A stretch of DNA of 64,000 nucleotides. It comes from an uncultured Lachnospiraceae bacterium (GTDB taxonomy: Bacteria; Bacillota; Clostridia; Lachnospirales; Lachnospiraceae). Shown here piece by piece: positions 57,680 to 64,000 of the stretch. Numbering within the stretch: the stretch's first letter is position 1; the number at the start of each line of letters is the position of its first letter. Under the pieces are notes generated by a model. It was not told the origin of the DNA. It saw only the letters and a program-made list of their open reading frames with translations, and did not search any database. The stretch lies in assembly GCA_964586425.1 (NCBI GenBank), contig CAZPHI010000004.1, forward strand, positions 6,956 through 70,955, given 5' to 3'. The position numbers and the translations under genes are program-made.

Positions 57680-59203
57680 ATGTTTCATTTTACTAAATAC
57701 AGTAAAAAAATTAAATTTACAATAATAAAAGCAACTGCAGTAAGCTGCATCGCATTAATGTTTGCGATACCATTCGTAAGTAAGAATATATCAACTAATA
57801 AGAATGGTTATTATACAGTTGTAGTTAATGGAAAAGAATTAGGTGCTGTCAGCTCTATTGAAGAAGCTAAAGAAGCATATAATAATGCCAGAAGGAAAAT
57901 AAGTCTTGAATCTGATGCCAAGGTGTATATGGATGTAGATTTTAATATCTATCAGGAATCAATTCTTTTAGGTTCCAGGGCGTCTGAGAAAGAAATGGAA
58001 GATTGTATATATAACAGTATTGCTGGAAGTATTATTGACACTAATAGTAATAAAGCATATACAATCAGAATTAATGATTTTACTCTTACGCTTGCAAGCA
58101 AAGAGGATGTTATCAAGGTGATTGAAGGTACAAAGCAGTCATATGATGAGAATAATGAATTTCAGGTAAAGCTTTCATCAGGTGGTACAGAGGAATATGC
58201 TGTTACACTTGTTAAGTCAGCAGTTGATAGTAATGATACGAATATTGTTGCTGCAACATATGGTGACAATGGACAGTATGAAGTCGAAGAATCACAGGGT
58301 TCACAGGATGGACTTGCTCAGATAGGCTTCAATAAGAATATTGTTGTAACTGAGAGCGCTGTATCAGATGGTAATATTGTTTCAGTTGAAGAAGCAATTG
58401 AAGCCATAACAAAGCAGAAGCAGGAAAAGACAGTTTATACAGTTGTTGCAGGTGACTGCTTAAGCATAGTTGCTAATAAGAATAATCTTTCAATGGCTGA
58501 ATTATTAGCACTTAATGGTATTACAGAGGATTCAATGATAAGACCTGGAGATCAGTTAGTTGTAACTGTACCAACACCAGAGTTATCAGTTATAGTTACA
58601 CAGAGAGTAACATATGAAGAAGATTATAATGTAGATATAATATATGTTGATAATGATTCTATGTATAGAGGTACAAGCCGAGTTATTGATGGTGGAACAA
58701 CAGGACATAGAGTAGTTACTGCAGATGTAAGTTATGTTGATGGTATTGAGAGTTCAAGAACAATAGTATCACAGCAGATTCAGTCAGAATCACAGCCACA
58801 GGTTATTGAGGTTGGAACAATCACTCCACCTACTTATATTAAACCGATTTATGGTGGTGTATTTACATCAGGATTTGAATACAGATGGGGAAGTTTCCAT
58901 TCTGGAATTGACTGGTCAACACCTATTGGAACACCAGTTATGGCAGCGGCATCAGGAACAGTAGTTAGAGCTGGATATTATTCAGATTATGGCTATTGTG
59001 TTGATATATCACATGGTAATGGTTATATGACAAGATATGCTCATTGCAGCAGTCTTAATGTATCAGTTGGACAAACAGTTAATCAGTACCAGGTAATTGC
59101 ATATAGTGGTAACACAGGTTATAGCACAGGTCCACATGTGCATTTTGAAGTTAGAATTAATGGAACAGCCGTTAATCCACTTAATTATGTTAACAAATAC
59201 TAA
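57680..59203 (+). CDS. Secreted/membrane-anchored peptidoglycan hydrolase: LysM + G5 + M23 metallopeptidase
   Basis: N-terminal anchor helix. LysM region (YTVVAGDCLSIVANKNNLSMAELLALNG). G5-like region (VTYEEDY...VIEVGT). M23 motifs HSGIDW...HFEVR. Confidence 0.9.
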   Translation: MFHFTKYSKKIKFTIIKATAVSCIALMFAIPFVSKNISTNKNGYYTVVVNGKELGAVSSIEEAKEAYNNARRKISLESDAKVYMDVDFNIYQESILLGSRASEKEMEDCIYNSIAGSIIDTNSNKAYTIRINDFTLTLASKEDVIKVIEGTKQSYDENNEFQVKLSSGGTEEYAVTLVKSAVDSNDTNIVAATYGDNGQYEVEESQGSQDGLAQIGFNKNIVVTESAVSDGNIVSVEEAIEAITKQKQEKTVYTVVAGDCLSIVANKNNLSMAELLALNGITEDSMIRPGDQLVVTVPTPELSVIVTQRVTYEEDYNVDIIYVDNDSMYRGTSRVIDGGTTGHRVVTADVSYVDGIESSRTIVSQQIQSESQPQVIEVGTITPPTYIKPIYGGVFTSGFEYRWGSFHSGIDWSTPIGTPVMAAASGTVVRAGYYSDYGYCVDISHGNGYMTRYAHCSSLNVSVGQTVNQYQVIAYSGNTGYSTGPHVHFEVRINGTAVNPLNYVNKY

Positions 59204-59306
59204 TTTGTAATCTATGTATTAGTTATATTATTACTGCGTCGCCCTTTTAGCCACTTGACTAGAAGGGCGAAAATATTAATAAAGCATAAGTGAAAGGGAA
59301 AGGTTT

Positions 59307-60260
59307 ATGGAAACAATATCTGTTGTTGTATCTTGCTTGAATGAAGAGCAGGCACTCCCGCTATTTTATGAAGAGATGGAAAGAGTTAGAAAAAAAGATT
59401 TTATGGACGTAAGATTTGAATATATCTTTGTCGATGATGGCTCAAAAGACAGAACTGTTGATATTATGCGTGAACTTCATAAGAAAGACGATAAAGTAAG
59501 ATATATATCCTTCTCTAGAAACTTTGGTAAAGAGGCAGCGATGTATGCTGGTTTACAGTCCTCAAAGGGTGATTATGTTACACTTATGGATGTTGACTTG
59601 CAGGATCCACCATCAATGCTTAGGAAGATGTATGATGCTATTAAAGAAGAAGGCTATGATCAGGTAGGAACCAGACGTGTTAACAGAGCTGGTGAACCTG
59701 TTATACGAAGCTTTTTCGCTAGAGCATTCTATAAGCTTATTAATAAAATCTCAAAAGTAGAGATGGTTGATGGAGCCAGAGATTACAGACTTATGAAGAG
59801 ACAGGTTGTTGAGGCAATTCTGTCAATTAAAGAATATAATAGATACTCAAAAGGAATCTTTAGCTTTGTTGGTTTTAAGACTAAGTGGATTGAGTATGAG
59901 AATGTACAAAGAATTGCAGGAGAAACTAAGTGGTCTTTCTGGAAACTGTTCAAATACGCTATAGAGGGTATTCTGGCATTCTCAACGGTACCATTAGTTA
60001 TATCTTCATTCATGGGATTGTTATTCTTTGTTATTTCATTCTTAATGATTATTCTTATAATAATTAAAACATTAATAATTGGTGACCCAACAAGTGGCTG
60101 GCCATCATTAGTATGCATAATTTTCTTTGTCAGCGGCATACAATTATTCTCAATAGGAGTAATAGGACAGTATCTGGCAAAGACATATTCGGAAGTTAAA
60201 AATAGGCCAATATACATTGTCCGCGAAACAACTGTGGAGGAATTAGATGAAAAAAAGTAA
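59307..60260 (+). CDS. GT2 polyprenol-phosphate glycosyltransferase (GtrB/CsbB/ArnC-like)
   Basis: ISVVVSCLNEE, FVDDGSKD, DVDLQDPP, and two C-terminal TM helices. Confidence 0.9.
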   Translation: METISVVVSCLNEEQALPLFYEEMERVRKKDFMDVRFEYIFVDDGSKDRTVDIMRELHKKDDKVRYISFSRNFGKEAAMYAGLQSSKGDYVTLMDVDLQDPPSMLRKMYDAIKEEGYDQVGTRRVNRAGEPVIRSFFARAFYKLINKISKVEMVDGARDYRLMKRQVVEAILSIKEYNRYSKGIFSFVGFKTKWIEYENVQRIAGETKWSFWKLFKYAIEGILAFSTVPLVISSFMGLLFFVISFLMIILIIIKTLIIGDPTSGWPSLVCIIFFVSGIQLFSIGVIGQYLAKTYSEVKNRPIYIVRETTVEELDEKK

Positions 60261-61779
60261 TAAAAGATTATTGTTAATACATATAGCTATAATTATAGCA
60301 GGCGCCGCCTATCTACTCAGCGGTGCCTTTTATAACGCCATCTGGTTTGACGAAAGCTATACGGTAGCCTTATGAGTATTAATATGCCGGATATGCTTCA
60401 TGCATCTGCACATGATGTTCATCCCCAGATGTATTACATATTATTAAAACTGTTCACATATGTATTCGGTAATAGTATTGTAGTTCTTAGATTATTCTCT
60501 GTTCTAGGGGCAGTGCTTTTGGCACTTCTTGGCCTGACGCATATACGCAAGGACTTTGGCGCCAAAACAGGAATCTGGTTTAGTGCACTAGTATATCTCT
60601 TGCCATGTACTTACAAGTATTCACAGCAAATCCGCATGTATACGTGGGCGCCACTGCTTGTTATGCTGGCTGCCATCTACGGATATAGATATATTCAGGG
60701 TAAGGTCTTAGATGATAAATGTTTTAGCGATAATAAACAAATTGTAAAAAATAGAATTATTTTCTTGATTACAGCAGTTATGGCGGCATACAGCCATTAT
60801 TATGGACTGGCAGCAGTTGGTCTTATTAACCTTGTTATGTTGTTTGCTTATATAAAGAATAAAAAGAAAATTGGTTCATGGATAGTTAATGCTGTCATAG
60901 AATTTGCAGCGTATATACCTGGATTTGTGGTATTTGCAATACAGCTAGGACTTAATGGAGCTGACTGGATTAGAGTAAAATATCCATCGGTACTAATTGA
61001 CAGCCTTGCTTTTAATTTCATGGGTGCACCGGCTAATACAGTTGATATAAGCTCAGCAACCTACATATTCTCAATAGTAATTGGAGCAGTTTTTTTCTCT
61101 ATGATGGTGTTGCTTCTGGTACTAAAGATTAAGAGAGAAGATGACAACTGAGAACTGGACGATAATAGGCGCTCTTTTTGTATACTTTGGAGTTATAGCA
61201 GCATTTTTATTAATATCAGAATATAGAGAGATATATTACTCAAGGTATTCGATTATTAGCTATGGATTATTAATCTTTGCAATGGCGAAGCTTCTTGGAA
61301 GCGTTGACATAAAAAGATATGCTGTAACGGCGGGAAAGTTAGTTCTTGTAGTAATGCTTATTGTAGTATCCACGCTACGTGCTGACCAGCTGATGGCTGA
61401 AAACTATTCTTCTAACAATTCAGGAGTGACAGACTATCTTGACTCGAATCTGCAGGATGGGGATATATTTGTGTTTGATGCGGCGAATGCATTTGCAATA
61501 ACGGTCCAATATCCAGAACATGCGGTATATTTCTATAATATGTATGGATGGGCTGTATGGGAAGGCTATAAGGCATTCGGAGATAAGGTCGTAGTTTCGA
61601 AGGCTTTGGATGAATTATCAGACTATCATGGACGAATATGGGTTGTTAATCGTAATAGCGAAGGTGCATGGGGCAAATTGATGAATACGTATAAGGCTAA
61701 AGAGATAAAATCAATGAAAATAAAATTAGATTACTATCCATATGAGAATGATTTTGAGCTTATTTTGCTTGAGTTGTAG
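60247..61779 (+). pseudogene. GT39/ArnT-like membrane glycosyltransferase split into three reading frames (42 + 259 + 212 codons)
   Basis: Fragment 1 (60247-60375, MKKSNKRLLLIHIAIIIAGAAYLLSGAFYNAIWFDESYTVAL*) continues naturally in another frame at 60372 (SINMPDMLHASAHDVHPQMYYILL...). A second frame switch lies between 61126 and 61151 in an AAGAGAGAAG tract, continuing as MTTENWTIIGALFVYFGV.... Confidence 0.65.
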
Positions 61780-61795
61780 AAATTATAAAAAAACC

Positions 61796-61823
61796 TTTAC
61801 AAATACTCTCGTTGTGTTATACT
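61796..61823 (+). promoter_or_regulatory. Candidate sigma-A promoter for murA
   Basis: TTTACA (61796-61801), 16 nt, TATACT (61818-61823), with an extended -10 TGt. Confidence 0.4.
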
Positions 61824-61868
61824 ACTTTGAGTATGATAAACTTACTAGAATTATGAGGTGTAAATTGT

Positions 61869-63161
61869 ATGGAACAATTTATTATTAAAGGTGGAGTTCC
61901 TCTTAAAGGAGAGGTGTCTATCGGCGGCGCAAAGAATGCTGCACTTGGTATATTAGCTGCGGCTATTATGACTGATGAGACTGTTACAATTGAGAATGTT
62001 CCTAATGTAAGAGACACCCAAGTTTTACTACAGGCTATCGAAGGAATAGGAGCTAAAGTAAAACGAGTGTACAATAACACTATTCAGATAAATGGTTCAG
62101 AGATATGCGATGTTAATGTTGACTATGAATATATTAAGAAGATAAGAGCATCTTATTATCTCCTTGGAGCTTTACTTGGAAAGTATAAAAAAGCAGAGGT
62201 TGCCCTTCCAGGCGGATGTAATATTGGAAGCAGACCTATTGACCAGCACATTAAGGGATTCAAGGCCCTTGGCGCAACGGTTGATATATCTTATGGAATG
62301 ATTCAGACTAAGGCAGATGAACTTGTCGGAAGTCACATGTATATGGATGTTGTCTCAGTCGGAGCAACAATTAATATTATGATGGCGGCTGCTCTTGCAC
62401 AGGGCGATACCATTATTGAAAATGCTGCTAAGGAACCCCACATTGTTGATGTGGCCAATTTCCTTAACTCTATGGGTGCTAATATCAAAGGCGCAGGTAC
62501 TGATGTTATTAGAATCAAAGGTGTAACTAAGCTTCATGGAACTACTTATTCAATTATTCCTGACCAGATTGAAGCAGGAACATTCATGTTTGCAGCAGCA
62601 GCAACACGTGGAGATGTAATTGTTAGAGATGTAATTCCTAAGCATCTTGAATCCTTAACTGCCAAGCTTATTGAGATTGGATGTAAAGTAGAAGAGTATG
62701 ATGATGCAGTACGCGTTATCGGAAGCGAAGAATTCAAATCAACTAATGTAAAGACATTGCCATATCCAGGATTTCCTACTGATATGCAGCCACAGATGGC
62801 TGTTGTACTTGCACTTGCTAAAGGCTCAAGTATGGTAATTGAAAGTATATTCGAGAATAGATTCAAATATGTGGATGAACTTGTAAGAATGGGTGCTAAA
62901 ATCAAAGTTGAAGGTAATACAGCATATATTGATGGCGTGGAGAAGTTCACAGCTGCACCATTATCTGCACCTGATCTTAGAGCGGGAGCAGCGCTTGTTA
63001 TTGCAGCGCTTGCAGCAGATGGAATCTCAGAGATTGATGATATTCACTATATTCAGAGAGGCTATGAGGAATTTGAGGTTAAGCTTAGAGGACTTGGAGC
63101 TATTATCGAAAAAGTTGATTCTGAGAGAGATGCGCAGAAATTCAAATTAAAAATTGGATAA
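61869..63161 (+). CDS. murA: UDP-N-acetylglucosamine 1-carboxyvinyltransferase
   Basis: FIIKGGVPLKGEVSIGGAKNAAL, LPGGCNIGSRPIDQH (active-site Cys), GATINIMMAA. Confidence 0.96.
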   Translation: MEQFIIKGGVPLKGEVSIGGAKNAALGILAAAIMTDETVTIENVPNVRDTQVLLQAIEGIGAKVKRVYNNTIQINGSEICDVNVDYEYIKKIRASYYLLGALLGKYKKAEVALPGGCNIGSRPIDQHIKGFKALGATVDISYGMIQTKADELVGSHMYMDVVSVGATINIMMAAALAQGDTIIENAAKEPHIVDVANFLNSMGANIKGAGTDVIRIKGVTKLHGTTYSIIPDQIEAGTFMFAAAATRGDVIVRDVIPKHLESLTAKLIEIGCKVEEYDDAVRVIGSEEFKSTNVKTLPYPGFPTDMQPQMAVVLALAKGSSMVIESIFENRFKYVDELVRMGAKIKVEGNTAYIDGVEKFTAAPLSAPDLRAGAALVIAALAADGISEIDDIHYIQRGYEEFEVKLRGLGAIIEKVDSERDAQKFKLKIG

Positions 63162-63180
63162 TTATTATTGTAAATGTTTT

Positions 63181-63220
63181 GAAAGTTGTACGATGCTTAT
63201 TTGTCGTGCAACTTTTTTTT
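63181..63220 (+). terminator. Rho-independent terminator after murA
   Basis: GAAAGTTGTACGA / TCGTGCAACTTT stem (one G-U pair) followed by a T-run through 63220. Confidence 0.8.
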
Positions 63221-63316
63221 ATATATTTTTAATCAAATAGTTATCAAAACATAATTTGATAATATACGTTAATATGATATAATCTATGTATAAGACGCAT
63301 TAATTTGGAGGCTGCC

Positions 63317-64000
63317 ATGAAACTAAGAACGAGGCTCAAGATATCATTCTGTATTTTAATAATTATGCCTATAACAATGTGCATGATAACATTCTTGCTG
63401 ATATCACACTATCAGTCACGTAATATTAATGAGTTATATGGCATTGAAGATGCATCTTCATCAGTAGTTGCTAATATGTATACACCTGTTTCCATTCTTA
63501 ATAAGATGACTAATAGCGTATATCAAGACATGGTAAAGACTGCAAACAATAATCCACAATTATATGAAGATAAGGAATATATAACTAATCTATCAGAAGC
63601 ATTAAGTGAGAGAATGTCAACACTGGTAATAAGATGTAATGGTAATATTGCATATTCTAATTCAAAGTTCACCAGCAGACAATTATACAAGCTTCTTCCA
63701 GAGTATGATGATGCGGCTAATGATTTGGATTGTGGAACTTATCATGGAGGCGAATACCAGTGTCTTATTAAGCAGATAGATTTTATAGGCAGTAATGGTG
63801 ATGCATACAGTGTATCAATAATAACATCGCTGCAGTCACTTCTGCCACAGATTAAGATGATTGTTGTAGAAGGCATTATTGCAATGGTACTGATTCTTTT
63901 TATGACAAGTGCAATACTTACTATTTGGATTTATAGAGCAATGGTAAGACCATTGGATAGACTGAAGCTTGCAACTAAGAATATCAAAGATGGCAATCTT
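63317..64000 (+). CDS. Sensor histidine kinase, N-terminal part (TM, extracytoplasmic domain, TM, start of HAMP); 3'-truncated by the window edge
   Basis: ATG at 63317 follows GGAGG. The frame is open to nt 64000 (228 codons, translated by hand). Two hydrophobic helices are followed by RPLDRLKLATKNIKDGNL (HAMP-like). Confidence 0.65.
   Translation, partial: MKLRTRLKISFCILIIMPITMCMITFLLISHYQSRNINELYGIEDASSSVVANMYTPVSILNKMTNSVYQDMVKTANNNPQLYEDKEYITNLSEALSERMSTLVIRCNGNIAYSNSKFTSRQLYKLLPEYDDAANDLDCGTYHGGEYQCLIKQIDFIGSNGDAYSVSIITSLQSLLPQIKMIVVEGIIAMVLILFMTSAILTIWIYRAMVRPLDRLKLATKNIKDGNL

Noticed and set aside
59783-60217. 144-aa minus-strand ORF inside the GT2 gene. Comparable antisense or alternate-frame ORFs occur at 62546-62950 (murA), 36974-37348 (rsmA), 17924-18286 (EIIC-like), 6487-7161 (zinc-ribbon gene), 24213-25019 (antiporter), 56398-57190 (dinB) and 15347-15703 (pgi).
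   Set aside because: Each is fully embedded in a CDS with clear family motifs on the other strand or frame. None has a convincing SD or a recognisable domain.
1-64000. Looked for integrases, transposases, phage structural genes, rRNA/tRNA genes and CRISPR arrays
   Set aside because: None was recognised in any frame or intergenic region. The window looks like core chromosome with small accessory insertions rather than a prophage or ICE.

Overview
This is a 64-kb chromosomal segment from a low-GC, flagellated Firmicute. Gene content and synteny look like Clostridia/Lachnospiraceae. All calls come from reading the supplied translations and the DNA by eye; no searches were run.

About 55 CDS are present, mostly housekeeping:
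- Motility: flagellin and a FliS-like chaperone.
- Central carbon metabolism: two phosphofructokinases (one with a PPi-type motif, one with an ATP-type motif), pgi and tkt.
- Cell wall: murG, murA and a LysM/G5/M23 peptidase.
- Translation and RNA: metG behind a Met T-box leader, rsmA and tadA.
- Replication and repair: dnaX-ybaB-recR and dinB.
- Other: mtnN, a TatD-family hydrolase, an OmpR/HK two-component system, and a GT2 gene followed by a frameshifted GT39-like gene.

The RNA and regulatory features are a long (Bacillus-type) SRP RNA, the T-box and several intrinsic terminators. I recognised no rRNA, tRNA, CRISPR array, transposase or integrase.

The most interesting items are:
1. A three-gene module directly fused to the 3' end of dnaX-ybaB-recR (510, 241 and 1513 aa). 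Its sizes, order and head motifs look like MukF-MukE-MukB / JetA-JetB-JetC. It has no JetD-like nuclease and is followed by a TPR / poly-acidic / degenerate-AAA+ protein.
2. A triad of cytoplasmic LRR protein, HxxxH/VWA (DUF2201-like) protein and MoxR-type AAA+ ATPase, downstream of a two-component system.
3. A single-gene ABC-ATPase + Toprim-like (OLD / fused PARIS-like) candidate defence gene that appears inserted between a flavin reductase gene and murG, with a convergent XRE regulator.

Smaller items are a GC-rich structured island upstream of murG, candidate twin CsrA sites in the flagellin leader, and an unclassified leader upstream of an orphan EIIC-like permease.
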